This document shows positions 50,483 through 61,157 of a stretch of 64,000 nt of DNA, piece by piece. Position 1 is the stretch's first letter. Every line of letters starts with the position of its first letter. Source of the stretch: Thermodesulfobacteriota bacterium. GTDB taxonomy: Bacteria > Desulfobacterota_D > UBA1144 > Nemesobacterales > JAJCZQ01. The DNA lies in NCBI GenBank assembly GCA_965215275.1, contig OZ244044.1:1408001-1472000 (forward strand), in the 5' to 3' direction. A program made the translations under genes and the position numbers. The notes beneath the pieces were generated by a model. It saw only the letters and a list, made by a program, of their open reading frames with translations, was not told the origin of the DNA and ran no database searches.

Positions 50483-51857
50483 AAAAGCATGGGGAGGAAG
50501 GTTTACAAGATCTACCAGCAAGGTGGCAGAAAAGTTCTCCGAGTCGGTAAGTTTTGACAGGCGGCTCTATGAAGAGGATATAAGGGCAAGCATTGCACAT
50601 GTTCGTATGCTTGCAAAGCAGAGTATCATTCCAAAGACTGACGCTGATAAGATCATCAAGGGGCTGGGCTCTGTAAAAAAGGAAATAATGTCGGGGAACT
50701 TTCCTTTCAGGGAAGAGTACGAGGATATTCATCTCAATATAGAAAAGCGTTTAATTGAAAAAATTGGGAAAGTCGGTGGAAAGATCCATACCGCCAGAAG
50801 TAGAAATGATCAGGTTTTAGTGGATATTCGTCTTTATATACTGAAAGAAGGCGATAATGTTCTGAAACTGCTGAAAAAGCTGTCAGGTAATTTTATCAAG
50901 TTGGCGGAAAAAAATATGGATGTCGTGATGCCGCTGTATACCCACCTGCAAAGGGCACAGCCCGTGCTTCTTGCTCATCATATGCTGGCGTTCTTTGAAA
51001 TGTTCAGACGCGACGCTGGCAGGTTGAGAGACTGTTTAGAGAGGACCGACGTAAATCCCTTGGGAACTGGAGCAGGGGCGGGGACCTCTTTTCCCGTTAA
51101 CAGGAACTACACGGCTTCCCTGCTCGGATTTAACGCGGTATCCTGCAACAGTATTGACACTGTAAGCGATAGAGACTTTATAGCTGAGTTCATATTCTGC
51201 TGTTCTCTGCTTATGATGCATCTGTCGCGACTGTCTGAAGAACTTGTACTCTGGTCCTCAAAGGAGTTTGACTTTATTGATCTTGGGGATGATTTTACAA
51301 CGGGTTCGAGCATAATGCCTCAGAAAAGAAATCCTGACATGGCAGAATTAACTCGTGGTAAAATAGCAAGGGTATATGGAAATCTGAATGCCATCCTTAC
51401 CCTCCTTAAAGGTCTTCCTCTTTCCTATAATCGTGATATGCAGGAAGATAAGGAACCTCTTTTTGATACGATCGACACCGTCAAATTGTGTCTTGAACTT
51501 AATAGTGAGATGCTGAAGAAAATAAAGTTTAAAAGAGAAAACTTACGCAAGTCCCTTACCGATGGATTTGTAACTGCAACTGATATTGCAGATTATCTGA
51601 CCAGAAAGGGTATGCCTTTCAGAAATGCGCATGAGACCGCTGGGGCGATAGTCAGTTATGCGGAAAAACAGGGCAAGCAACTGGAAGAGCTGTCATTGGA
51701 AGAAATGACAGGTTTTTCAAAATTAATAGAAGTTGATGTCTTTAACTGTATATCAATTCAGGGGTCCGTGGAGAGTAAAACCTCCTACGGAGGCACATCC
51801 CCTAAAAACGTTAAGGCCATGTTGCTTGATGCTAAAAAAGAAATTTCTGATTTTTAA
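50475..51857 (+). CDS. argH: Argininosuccinate lyase
   Basis: WGGRF, HTARSRNDQ, THLQRAQP, GSSIMPQKRNPD. Confidence 0.97.
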   Translation: MAKKAWGGRFTRSTSKVAEKFSESVSFDRRLYEEDIRASIAHVRMLAKQSIIPKTDADKIIKGLGSVKKEIMSGNFPFREEYEDIHLNIEKRLIEKIGKVGGKIHTARSRNDQVLVDIRLYILKEGDNVLKLLKKLSGNFIKLAEKNMDVVMPLYTHLQRAQPVLLAHHMLAFFEMFRRDAGRLRDCLERTDVNPLGTGAGAGTSFPVNRNYTASLLGFNAVSCNSIDTVSDRDFIAEFIFCCSLLMMHLSRLSEELVLWSSKEFDFIDLGDDFTTGSSIMPQKRNPDMAELTRGKIARVYGNLNAILTLLKGLPLSYNRDMQEDKEPLFDTIDTVKLCLELNSEMLKKIKFKRENLRKSLTDGFVTATDIADYLTRKGMPFRNAHETAGAIVSYAEKQGKQLEELSLEEMTGFSKLIEVDVFNCISIQGSVESKTSYGGTSPKNVKAMLLDAKKEISDF

Positions 51858-51886
51858 AGTTTATGATACAGTCTATTTTTATAAAA

Positions 51887-51964
51887 GGCCCTATCGTCTA
51901 GCTTGGTTCAGGACGCAGCCCTCTCAAGGCTGAAACACGGGTTCAAATCCCGTTGGGGCTGCCA
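51887..51964 (+). tRNA. tRNA-Glu (CTC)
   Basis: Anticodon arm CAGCC-CTCTCAA-GGCTG, GGTTCAAATCCC T arm, 3' CCA. Confidence 0.93.
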
Positions 51965-52068
51965 GAAGATTATTAAATGGTTTTTAATTTCCAGTCCGTA
52001 CCGTTTGTTTAAGTTGACTCTATTTGGATGTGGCTGGCGAATACTGAAAGACTTGAGCACGATAATGT

Positions 52069-52844
52069 TTAGAAATCATAATTAAAAATTTCCAGGTCCT
52101 GTGCGTATTTTTTAGCAACCATTTTGCGCAGCTCGTCATCGTAATAGTTCTGGTAGGGACCGTGTTTGGTTGAATTTAGTTTTTCTGGCTTAATATCATC
52201 AGATAGTGAAATCTGTTCTTTTACATAGGAAAAGTCCTGTTCGAAGTTCTCAAGACGTCCGATGAAATCTAATGTCTCCAGGTCCAGCAAATAATGCTGG
52301 GGTACAAAGTGGCCCTCACAATGCTTATCGGGTATTTGGGTTACGAAGTGTACAAAATCACTGAAAGACATTTTTTTGAAGCCCACCAAATTCCCATATC
52401 CTTCTACAAACCCTCTATGTTCTCCATTTATAGCCCAACGATTGGTAGGGTTACGCAATTCTGGGTTATCAACTTTATCTTTATAACAGGAAAGCAGTCT
52501 ATCATATGGGTTTCTGACAAATGTGAAGTGGAAATAATCTTTATATATTGTGGACCTGTTTTCAGGGAAAACTACTCTGGGAATAGGTGTTGTGTGAAGT
52601 TCCGTCCCTTGCTCAATTTCGTCTATTGTAATCATAAAGGATATGATAGTTGTAAATGCAGCTTTAGGAACTGGATAATAGATGAATTTGTGTTTGTGAG
52701 AAACGCGGCCGTCGTGTACTGGCTTTAGAGGAGGATACTTTGTTATTGTAAAAGACCTTTTTTCATTCTTCTTTGGCTTAAGAAAATCCCCCCCCCCCTT
52801 TTTTTTCCCCGTAATGTTTTGTACAATGCTTTAATTATTTTCAT
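52069..52844 (-). pseudogene. Sulfotransferase family 2 copy 1, out of frame at an A8-G11 tract
   Basis: ATG at 52844 is homologous to the copy 2 start; the 776-nt span is not a multiple of 3; PKAA and FVRNPYDRLLSCY motifs lie downstream. Confidence 0.8.
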
Positions 52845-53013
52845 TTTGTATTTTCAAGTTATCTGAGAGTTTTTGTGTGCGAATCGAGTTGGATTGTTAC
52901 CTTGCTTCTACTTGAAATTATAAGAGATTCATAAAGTTGTATCAAGCAATCTTTATAATTTCATTTATTTGAATGTGTCTGGCGAATACTGAAAGACTTG
53001 AACATAATAATAG

Positions 53014-53742
53014 TTAGAAGTCATAATTGAAGATTTCCAGGTCCCGTGCGTATTTTTTAGCAACTATTTTGCGCAGTTCGTCATCGTAATAGTTCTGGTA
53101 GGGAAAGTGTTTACTTGCCATCAGTCTTTTTGGCCTGATATAACCAGATAGTGGAATCTGTTCTTTTACATAGGAAAAATCCTGTTCGAAGTTCTCAAGG
53201 CGTCCGATGAAATCTAACTTCTCCAGGTCCAGCAAACGATGCTGGGGTGACCAGTGAGGGTCACAATGCTTATCGGGTATTTGGTTTACGAAGTGTACAA
53301 AATCACTGAAAGACATTTTTTTAAATTCTACATTCCCATATCCTTTTATAAACTCTCTATTTTCTCCATTAATAAACGCATGATCGTTACGGTTAACCGA
53401 TTTTGGATGATATATCTTTTCTATGTAACAGGAAAGCAGTCTGTCATATGGATTTCTAACAAATGCGAAGTGGAAATAATCTTTATATCTAGCGGACCTG
53501 TTATCAGGGAAATATAACGTGGGCATAACTGTTGTGTGAAGGGTAGGACCTTGCTCAATTTCATCTATTGTAATCATAAAGGATTTGATAGTTGAACATG
53601 CAGCTTTAGGAACTGGATAATAGATGAACTTATGCTTGTGAGAAACGAAGCCGTGTACTGGAGGCATATGAGGATATTTTAAAGGGATTTGTCTAATTTT
53701 TGGTTTAAGAATCTCTTTGTATAATTCTTTAATTGTTTTCAT
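53014..53742 (-). CDS. Sulfotransferase family 2 protein, copy 2 (intact)
   Basis: PAPS-binding VPKAACST and FVRNPYDRLLSCY; DFIGRLE; YARDLEIFNY. Confidence 0.9.
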   Translation of the reverse strand: MKTIKELYKEILKPKIRQIPLKYPHMPPVHGFVSHKHKFIYYPVPKAACSTIKSFMITIDEIEQGPTLHTTVMPTLYFPDNRSARYKDYFHFAFVRNPYDRLLSCYIEKIYHPKSVNRNDHAFINGENREFIKGYGNVEFKKMSFSDFVHFVNQIPDKHCDPHWSPQHRLLDLEKLDFIGRLENFEQDFSYVKEQIPLSGYIRPKRLMASKHFPYQNYYDDELRKIVAKKYARDLEIFNYDF

Positions 53743-53911
53743 TCTGTATTTTTAAATTATTTGAAAGTTTTTATGTGCGACCCGAATTGTATTGTTACCG
53801 TGCTGCTACATGAAACTATAAGGGATTCATAAAGTTGTATCAAGCAATCTTTATAGTTCCCTTTATTTGAATGTGGCTGATGGATGCTGAGAGGCCTGAA
53901 CACGATAACAG

Positions 53912-54672
53912 TTAGAAATCATAATTAAAGATTTCCAGGTCACGTGCGTATTTTTTAGCAACCATTTTGCGCAGTTCGTCATCGTAGTAGCTCTGGTAAG
54001 GACCGTGCTTGGTTGTCATTCTTTTTTCTGGCTTAATATCATCAGATAGCGAAATCTGTTCTTTTATATAGGAAAAATCCTGTTCGAAGTTCTCAAGGCG
54101 TCCGATGAAATCTAACGTCTCCAGGTCCAGCAAACGATGCTGAGGCGAAAAGTGAGGGTCACAATGCTCGTCTGGTATTTTGGTTACGAAGTGTACAAAA
54201 TCACTGAAAGACATTTTTTTAAAGCCCATCAAATTCCCGTATCCTTTTACAAACTGTCTATCTTCTCCATTAATAAAATAACGATTGGTAAGGTTAGATA
54301 ATGCTGGGTTATAAACTTTTTGTATGTAACAGGAAAGTAATCGATCATATGGGTTTCTAACAAATGTGAAGTGGAAATAATCTTTATATCTAGCGGACCT
54401 GTGTTCAGGTCGAAATATTCTGGGCATAATCGTTTCGTGAATGCTTTTTGGATCTCGCTTAATTTCGTCTATTGTAATAATAAAGGATATGATAGTTGTA
54501 GATGCAGCTTTAGGAATTGTATAATAGATGAATTTATGTTTGTGAGAAATGTATATGAGTGTTGGACGAGAAGCGTATTTTGTTATTGTAAAAGACTTTT
54601 TCTCACTCTTTTTGGCTTGAGAATACCCCCCCCCATCCGTAATGTTTTGTATAATGCTTTAATTGCTTTCAT
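53912..54672 (-). pseudogene. Sulfotransferase family 2 copy 3, out of frame near G9/A5 tracts
   Basis: ATG at 54672; the 761-nt span is not a multiple of 3; one added base restores IPKAASTT...FVRNPYDRLLSCY. Confidence 0.8.
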
Positions 54673-54732
54673 TCTGTATATTCAAATTATCTGAAAGTTT
54701 TTGCGTGCGACCCGAGTTGGATTATGACCTTG

Positions 54733-56085
54733 CTACTGTATAAGATCATAGTAATCCAAACCCAGATGCGTGATCAGGTCTTCCCCCATAATATACCTCA
54801 GAGTATTTTTAAGTTTCATAAGTTGAATAAAAAGGTCATGTTCAGGATATAGAACTTTGCTGACCATAGGGCTTTTAAAGTAGAACGAGAGCCATTCCTG
54901 AATACCGTACATACCTGCTCTATGTGCAAGGTCCAGAAATAGTACCAGATCCAAAACGATAGGAGCTGCAAGGATGCTGTCTCTGCACAGGAAGTTTAAC
55001 TTGATCTGCATAGGATAATTAAGCCAGCCGAAAATATCTATGTTGTCCCAGGCTTCTTTTTCGTCGCCCCTTGGGGGATAGTAATTGATCCGCACCTTAT
55101 GATAGAGGTTGGAATAAAGTTCGGGGTATAAATGGGGCTGAAATATAGTTCCAAGAACACTGAGCTTGCTTTCCTCTTTGGTTTTAAACGACCATGGATC
55201 ATCTAATACCTCACCGTCCCTGTTGCCAAGTATATTAGTTGAAAACCATCCGTTAACTCCAAGCATTCTGCTTTTAAATCCGGGTGCCAAGATAGTTTTC
55301 ATCAACGTCTGTCCCGTTTTGAAATCCTTTCCGGCTATGGGAACTTTATTTTCTTCTGCAAGACGTTCCAGTGCGGGTACGTCGGCGGACAGATTCGGAG
55401 CACCGTTAGCGTAAGGAACCCCACATTTTATTGCAGCATAGGCATAGATCATGCTCGGGGGTATATCTTTGCTGTTCTTTTTTAAGCCTTCTTCAAAACT
55501 TTTTAAGGTTTTGTGAACTTTTTTGGGCTTAATAAAGACTTCAGTGCTGCCACACCAGATCATAACCAGTCTGTCAGCTTTATTCTGTTCTTTAAACCCG
55601 TTTATATCGTCAATAAGCTGCTGGGCAAGGTCCATATTTGTCTTGCCTTTTTTGACGTGTCTGCCTGAAAGGTTCTTAACGTATTGCTGATCGAATACTG
55701 CCTTCATAGGCGATAGTTTTTTTAGCCTGCTTTTTAGGTCGTCAAGCAGTTCTTTCTGTAACACGCCAGCTTTCAGAGCAGCTTCATAACAGTTGTCCGG
55801 AAATATGTCCCACCCACCAAATATAAGGTTTTTGCAGTTTGCAAGAGGTACAAGGTCTTTAATTAACGGGGTTTTCTCCTGAGTTCTTTTCCCAAGCCTA
55901 ATAGTGCTCATCTGGGTTAACGAACCTATAGGTTTGCCGATCCCCTTGTTGATCGCTTCCACGCCGGCAGTAAAGGTGGTGCTGACCGCCCCGCTCATAC
56001 CTGGAAGTAAAACGCCGAGTTTGCCCTTGGGCGGCTTTATATTGATCTTACTACCGTTTTCTGACTTTCTGGAGAGTTTAGACAA
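54733..56085 (-). CDS. ino1: Myo-inositol-1-phosphate synthase
   Basis: FGGWDI, GKDFKTGQT, NILGNRDG, GDEKEAWD, RDSILAAP. Confidence 0.92.
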   Translation of the reverse strand: MSKLSRKSENGSKINIKPPKGKLGVLLPGMSGAVSTTFTAGVEAINKGIGKPIGSLTQMSTIRLGKRTQEKTPLIKDLVPLANCKNLIFGGWDIFPDNCYEAALKAGVLQKELLDDLKSRLKKLSPMKAVFDQQYVKNLSGRHVKKGKTNMDLAQQLIDDINGFKEQNKADRLVMIWCGSTEVFIKPKKVHKTLKSFEEGLKKNSKDIPPSMIYAYAAIKCGVPYANGAPNLSADVPALERLAEENKVPIAGKDFKTGQTLMKTILAPGFKSRMLGVNGWFSTNILGNRDGEVLDDPWSFKTKEESKLSVLGTIFQPHLYPELYSNLYHKVRINYYPPRGDEKEAWDNIDIFGWLNYPMQIKLNFLCRDSILAAPIVLDLVLFLDLAHRAGMYGIQEWLSFYFKSPMVSKVLYPEHDLFIQLMKLKNTLRYIMGEDLITHLGLDYYDLIQ

Positions 56086-56091
56086 GAAAAA

Positions 56092-56484
56092 CTACCTTTT
56101 TGAGAACTGCTGACCCCTTCTTGCTTTTCTTCTGCCGTATTTCTTACTTTCCACCATTCTCGGGTCGCGTTTGAGAAATCCCGCTGTTTTGAGTGTTTTG
56201 CGGAGTTTTTCATCTGATTTCAGTAAAGCACGTGAAATACCATGCCTTATGGCCTCTGCCTGACCCGTAAGGCCACCGCCATTTACATTTACAGCCACAG
56301 AGTATTTTCCCTTGGTACCAGTAAGTTCAAGTGGATCATTTACTTTAGTCTGCCAAATATGACGTGGAAAATATTCACTTACTTTCCTGTTGTTAATTAA
56401 GATCTCACCGCTGCCGGATTTAAGCCAGACCCTGGCAACTGACGTTTTTCTTCTACCTACTCCTCCAAATAATGTTTCTGCCAC
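56092..56484 (-). CDS. rpsI: 30S ribosomal protein S9
   Basis: [37 protein letters not shown] start at 56484 after GGAGG. Confidence 0.97.
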   Translation of the reverse strand: MAETLFGGVGRRKTSVARVWLKSGSGEILINNRKVSEYFPRHIWQTKVNDPLELTGTKGKYSVAVNVNGGGLTGQAEAIRHGISRALLKSDEKLRKTLKTAGFLKRDPRMVESKKYGRRKARRGQQFSKR

Positions 56485-56489
56485 TTGAA

Positions 56490-56924
56490 CTAAACCTCCA
56501 ATTTTGTTGGTCGTTGTGCCGAATGCGGGTGTGAACTTCCCGAGTAAACTTTCAGCCTGCCTATCAGCCTTTTCTGCCATTTGTTCTTCGGCAGCATTCC
56601 CCATACGGCTTTCTTAACGACTTCCCCTGGATCTTTTTCCTTTAACTTTGCTGCAGTAATTGATTTTAATCCACCTATGTAAGGCGTATGCCAGTAGTAA
56701 GTTTTCTGTGTCCACTTCTTACCGGTCAGATTGACTTTGTCTGCGTTAACCACCACAACGAAATCGCCGTTGTCACAGTGAGGGGTAAATACTGGTTTTC
56801 CTTTGCCTCTAAGCAGATTTGCAACCTGTGTCGCAAGGCGGCCGACCGTCTTTCCTTCAGCATCTATAACAAACCATTTTTGTTCAATTTCGCTGTCTTT
56901 TGCAACGTAAGACTTCATACCCAT
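56490..56924 (-). CDS. rplM: 50S ribosomal protein L13
   Basis: [33 protein letters not shown]. Confidence 0.97.
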   Translation of the reverse strand: MGMKSYVAKDSEIEQKWFVIDAEGKTVGRLATQVANLLRGKGKPVFTPHCDNGDFVVVVNADKVNLTGKKWTQKTYYWHTPYIGGLKSITAAKLKEKDPGEVVKKAVWGMLPKNKWQKRLIGRLKVYSGSSHPHSAQRPTKLEV

Positions 56925-57041
56925 AACTCCTTATAAAATAAAAAGTTAAATTTACTGAAACAGGAAATTAAAGTCAATACAGCAAAAAGTATTGGTATTT
57001 GTAAGACCTTGCCGAAGTAGGTCGTATTTGCCGAGGTCTTT

Positions 57042-57827
57042 TTAAAGATATACCAGCCATACGAATAATTTTGATAAAATAAAATCACAGATAATGATCA
57101 GCAGAAGTGATACGACCACTGTTTTAGTGGTTGCGTTCCCTACTCCTCTCGTTCCTCCATCAGCTTTCATCCCTAAAAAACAGCCCGTTATGGAAACTAT
57201 GAGACCGAAAAAGAACGTTTTTGAAATTCCCGTGATAAAATCGCTTATGCCGATCCACTCCATTGTGGAAGTTAAAAAAAGCCTTGGCTCTATACCAAGA
57301 TCGATTTGCGACATTATCACGGCTCCCGTTATACCTGACAGATTTGCTATTATTGCAAGCAGTGGGAACGATATAACGGCGGCAAGTATTCTCGGAGCTA
57401 TGAGCTTTTTAAAAGGATCTGCTCCAAGTGATTTAATTGCATCGATTTGCTCTGTAACGTTCATCGCTCCGATCTCGGCGGTAATGCCAGAACCGACCCT
57501 TCCTCCTACCAGCAGGGAAGTAACGACCGGTCCCAGTTCTCTTACAAAGGAGAGCGTAACAACTGGTCCAACGAGACTTTTTGCCCCAAACCACAAAAAG
57601 CCCCATGACAGCTGGACGACCATGACCATCCCGATCGCCATGGCAGAAACGATGACGATCAAAATTGATTTTACGCCTATTTCAGAGATCTGCTCCAGTA
57701 CGTCCTTAGAGCTGTAATCAGGTTTTATAGTTGCACCTATACACCTTATGGAAAAAATGGAAACTACTCCCATGGTGTGCAAAAAGGTCAGACAGTTAGA
57801 GCCAATTCTGTAAAATAAACTGGTCAT
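57042..57827 (-). CDS. mlaE: MlaE-family ABC permease
   Basis: RELGPV, GRVGSGITAEIGAM..TEQIDA, GVGNATT. Confidence 0.9.
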   Translation of the reverse strand: MTSLFYRIGSNCLTFLHTMGVVSIFSIRCIGATIKPDYSSKDVLEQISEIGVKSILIVIVSAMAIGMVMVVQLSWGFLWFGAKSLVGPVVTLSFVRELGPVVTSLLVGGRVGSGITAEIGAMNVTEQIDAIKSLGADPFKKLIAPRILAAVISFPLLAIIANLSGITGAVIMSQIDLGIEPRLFLTSTMEWIGISDFITGISKTFFFGLIVSITGCFLGMKADGGTRGVGNATTKTVVVSLLLIIICDFILSKLFVWLVYL

Positions 57828-58375
57828 TATTTTGCTATAACGCTGAAATTCCCAATAAATCCCATGAAATCTTTAAAGTACAGATCAAAGCTGTTACCTA
57901 TGTTTGAGTAAATTACGTCATAAACACAATCACCTTTCATCAGTACCACCGTTGCAATTTTTAATTCTGTCTCATCAAGCTGTGCACTGTGTATCAATAA
58001 AAGGGACTGTTCGTTATCAATATGAACGGACTTTTTGCTCAGCAGCTTTTTTTGCTTAAGACCTATGAGCAGAGATCTCGACAGAGAGTCCAGACTGCTG
58101 TTGATATTGGTCGACGAGCACGTGGAGTTAACTTTTATAGAAGCGTCATTGTCCTTTGATACGAACAAAAGATCACCTTGGTCTGTGCTCACTTTATTCC
58201 AGCTGTCATTTAGCCTGCCTATCTTATAGCTCGTTGATTTCTTATTATACACGTGGTTCAGCAGCTTACCTTTTTCTTTACCGGAGGACCTGTATATCTG
58301 GGTAAATTTTACAACCGAGCAGGAACTGAGTGTGATAAGGAAAAATATCAAGGCGATAGAGATTTTATTGCTCAT
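57827..58375 (-). CDS. Hypothetical lipoprotein
   Basis: Lipobox LSSC; KGDCVYD motif. Confidence 0.65.
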   Translation of the reverse strand: MSNKISIALIFFLITLSSCSVVKFTQIYRSSGKEKGKLLNHVYNKKSTSYKIGRLNDSWNKVSTDQGDLLFVSKDNDASIKVNSTCSSTNINSSLDSLSRSLLIGLKQKKLLSKKSVHIDNEQSLLLIHSAQLDETELKIATVVLMKGDCVYDVIYSNIGNSFDLYFKDFMGFIGNFSVIAK

Positions 58376-58477
58376 TGTGGGGTTTTTAGAGTGAGATGGG
58401 AATAAAGCTAAATATTACTTGAATATTCTGTAAAAACCAACACACTAATAAACGGCGTAAAATTACGGTGCATCACA

Positions 58478-58729
58478 TTGAATAAAATTCAGGTCTATAC
58501 TTCAAGTTCGTGTCCGTTTTGTGCAAGGACAAAATTGCTGCTGGACAACAAAGGCGTTGAATATCAGGAGATCCCCCTGGACGACAATCCTGAAAAAAAG
58601 CTTGAGGTCATGAAAGAACTGAACTGGAAAACCGTTCCCATAATCATTATAAACGACAAACTTATCGGAGGTTATCAGCAACTGGCGTCGCTTGAGAGCA
58701 CCGGTGAACTGGATAAACTCCTAAGCTGA
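58478..58729 (+). CDS. grxC: Dithiol glutaredoxin
   Basis: CPFC, TVP, IGG. Confidence 0.85.
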   Translation: MNKIQVYTSSSCPFCARTKLLLDNKGVEYQEIPLDDNPEKKLEVMKELNWKTVPIIIINDKLIGGYQQLASLESTGELDKLLS

Positions 58730-58760
58730 TCATATAAACGCTTTATTTATCTTACTTCCG

Positions 58761-60155
58761 ATGCTAATAAAAACCAGATTTGCTCCAAGTCCTACTGGTT
58801 CACTTCATCTTGGTGGAGCAAGAACTGCAATATTTAACTGGTTGTTCGCACGTCACCACGGTGGAGAATTTGCCCTCAGGATCGAAGATACCGATCGGGC
58901 AAGGTCAACGCATAAGTCCGTTAATGAGATCCTGGATCTTTTAAAATGGCTGGGGATAGACTGGGATGGAGACATCGTAAAACAGTCCGAAAGGCTTGAT
59001 ATATATAAAGGATACGCTTATGCACTTCTGGAGTCCGGCAAAGCTTATAAGTGTTACCTGACCCAGGAAGAACTTGAGGCAAAGAGAGAAGAAGCACGTG
59101 AAAAAGGTGAATTTTTTCGTTACAAACGGGAATGGTCAAATGAAAACGCATCCCCGGATAAACCATATTCATTGAGACTGCTCACACCTGATACAGGTAA
59201 GATCGTGGTCAGTGACGTTATAAGGGGCAAAGTGAGCTTTAAAGCGGAAGAGATAGATGATTTCATAATTTTGCGAGTGGACGGGTATCCGACCTACAAC
59301 TTTGCGGTCGTAGTTGATGATGCTCTTATGAAAGCCTCTCATGTAATTCGTGGAGATGATCATTTGATAAATACTCCAAAACAGCTGCTTATATACAAAG
59401 CCCTTGATTTTGACGTTCCGTGTTTTGCGCACGTGTCGATGATACATGGTGCCGACGGGGTAAAACTGAGTAAAAGACATGGAGCTGCTTCGGTCGAGGC
59501 TTACAGGGACCTCGGTTACCTGCCCGAGTCAATAATCAACTACCTTGCACGGCTTGGATGGTCATATGGTGATGAGGAAATATTTTCTAGGGAGGACTTG
59601 GTAGAAAAATTTTCACTGGACGGTTTGGGAAAATCTCCCGCGGTGTTTGATCCTGAAAAACTCAACTGGCTTAATGCTTATTATATAAGGGAGAAAACAA
59701 CCGAAGAGCTCGCTGATCTGATCCTGCCCCTTATGAAAAAAAAAGGTTACGACGTCAAAGCTGATAATAAACTGATGATGATAATAGAACAGCTGAGAGA
59801 AAGGTCCAGGACCTTGAACGATTTTGTTACGCAGTCCTTCTATTTTTACATTGATGATCTTGAGTATGAAAGCAAGGCAAAGGATAAATTTTTAACTAAA
59901 GATAACGCTACGTTGTTTAAGTCCATTATTGAAAAATTGAGGTCCCTTAAAGGATTTGATCATGACTCGATTCACAAGGCACTTACTGAAATGGTAACTG
60001 AAACGGGTCTTAAATTCGGCAAGATCGCCCAGCCGATGCGCGTGGCACTGACCGGTGGCACGGTAAGTCCGGGAATTATTGAAGTCGTTGAAATACTTGG
60101 AAAAGATAAGGTGATTGAAAGATTAGAGCGTGCTGCCGGTAGTATTGATGAATGA
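58761..60155 (+). CDS. gltX: Glutamate--tRNA ligase
   Basis: RFAPSPTGSLHLGG, RIEDTD, KLSKR. Confidence 0.96.
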   Translation: MLIKTRFAPSPTGSLHLGGARTAIFNWLFARHHGGEFALRIEDTDRARSTHKSVNEILDLLKWLGIDWDGDIVKQSERLDIYKGYAYALLESGKAYKCYLTQEELEAKREEAREKGEFFRYKREWSNENASPDKPYSLRLLTPDTGKIVVSDVIRGKVSFKAEEIDDFIILRVDGYPTYNFAVVVDDALMKASHVIRGDDHLINTPKQLLIYKALDFDVPCFAHVSMIHGADGVKLSKRHGAASVEAYRDLGYLPESIINYLARLGWSYGDEEIFSREDLVEKFSLDGLGKSPAVFDPEKLNWLNAYYIREKTTEELADLILPLMKKKGYDVKADNKLMMIIEQLRERSRTLNDFVTQSFYFYIDDLEYESKAKDKFLTKDNATLFKSIIEKLRSLKGFDHDSIHKALTEMVTETGLKFGKIAQPMRVALTGGTVSPGIIEVVEILGKDKVIERLERAAGSIDE

Positions 60156-60249
60156 GGAACGCTCTTTCTACATTGGTATGGATAAAAATCTGCTTTCAGG
60201 CAGCGGTCCGTGTTTGAAAGTAATACCAAATTAAACTATAATATTACAG

Positions 60250-60504
60250 ATGGGTATGGAGATAGAAAGAATTAAATCTTTAATTGAGTCCGGTATTTCT
60301 ACGTTCCATGTGGAGGTAGTCGGTGATGGTACACATTTTAAAGCGGTCGTGGTATCGCCTGATTTTGAAAACAAAATGGTGATAGACAGGCATAAGCTTG
60401 TTTATGAGGCACTTGGCGGTGCCATGGACGAAGATATACACGCGATCTCACTAAGAACGTATACTCCGGATCAATGGCAAAACATGAGCAAGAAAGGAGA
60501 TTAA
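60250..60504 (+). CDS. BolA family protein
   Basis: GDGTHF, RHKLVY, IHAISLRT. Confidence 0.9.
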   Translation: MGMEIERIKSLIESGISTFHVEVVGDGTHFKAVVVSPDFENKMVIDRHKLVYEALGGAMDEDIHAISLRTYTPDQWQNMSKKGD

Positions 60505-60505
60505 A

Positions 60506-60823
60506 ATGTCAGACGTTATACAGGATAAGATCAGGGATCAGATCACAAGCAATAAGGTAATCCTATATATGAAAGGGTCAAGAGATACGCCGATGTGCGG
60601 TTTTTCAAGCAAAGTCGTGAAGATACTGGACTCCTATGGGGTGGATTACAAGACCGTTGACGTTCTTTTGGATCAGGATATCAGAAAGGGTATTAAAGAG
60701 TTTACGAATTGGCCCACCATACCTCAGCTGTACGTGAACGGTCAGTTTATTGGCGGATGCGACATCTGTGAAGAGATGCACTTCAACGGTGAACTGGAAA
60801 AGGTCGTTAAAACTGATCAGTAA
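60506..60823 (+). CDS. grxD: Monothiol glutaredoxin (Grx4)
   Basis: MKG...PMCGFS, WPTIPQLY, GGCD. Confidence 0.95.
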   Translation: MSDVIQDKIRDQITSNKVILYMKGSRDTPMCGFSSKVVKILDSYGVDYKTVDVLLDQDIRKGIKEFTNWPTIPQLYVNGQFIGGCDICEEMHFNGELEKVVKTDQ

Positions 60824-60934
60824 GCGTCAGAATTAAAATACACCGGGTACTTTCCTCCTCAGTACTTTAATGCTGACAACAGCATACGGAGAGATCTGTC
60901 TTATTAAATGATCCTGCAGTTTATACAAGGATTA

Positions 60935-61063
60935 TCACTTAACACATTTACAAGAGCAGTCAGAATCAGGACACTCACATTTGTCATTTTTGCAGTTGCA
61001 TGTTTCACAGTGACAATTTTCACACCCACATGATGGTTCTGATTCTATGAATATTCTTTTCAT
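60935..61063 (-). CDS. Cys-rich metallothionein-like peptide (42 aa, 11 Cys)
   Basis: Manual translation MKRIFIESEPSCGCENCHCETCNCKNDKCECPDSDCSCKCVK; AGGAGG 10 nt upstream. Confidence 0.7.
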   Translation of the reverse strand: MKRIFIESEPSCGCENCHCETCNCKNDKCECPDSDCSCKCVK

Positions 61064-61157
61064 TGTTCATTTACCTCCTGAAGTAACGATATCAATAAAA
61101 GTTGACTTTAGCAAGGAAAATATGAACAAGTGTAAAACGGACGGAATTTAGCTGTCG

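Larger units (their letters stand above)
52021..54732 (-). repeat. Tandem triplication of a ~0.9-kb unit (sulfotransferase gene plus flanks)
   Basis: Coding blocks and flanking blocks (GAAAGTTTTT..GTGCGA..CGAGTTGGATT; TATTTG.ATGTG) recur three times. Confidence 0.85.

Noticed and set aside
51887..54732. Integrative island at tRNA-Glu or tRNA-Gln
   Set aside because: No integrase and no duplicated tRNA 3' end (att site) was seen.
56485..56604. N-terminal extension of S9 in the ORF track
   Set aside because: Overlaps rplM; the GTG at 56484 with a GGAGG SD gives a normal-length S9.
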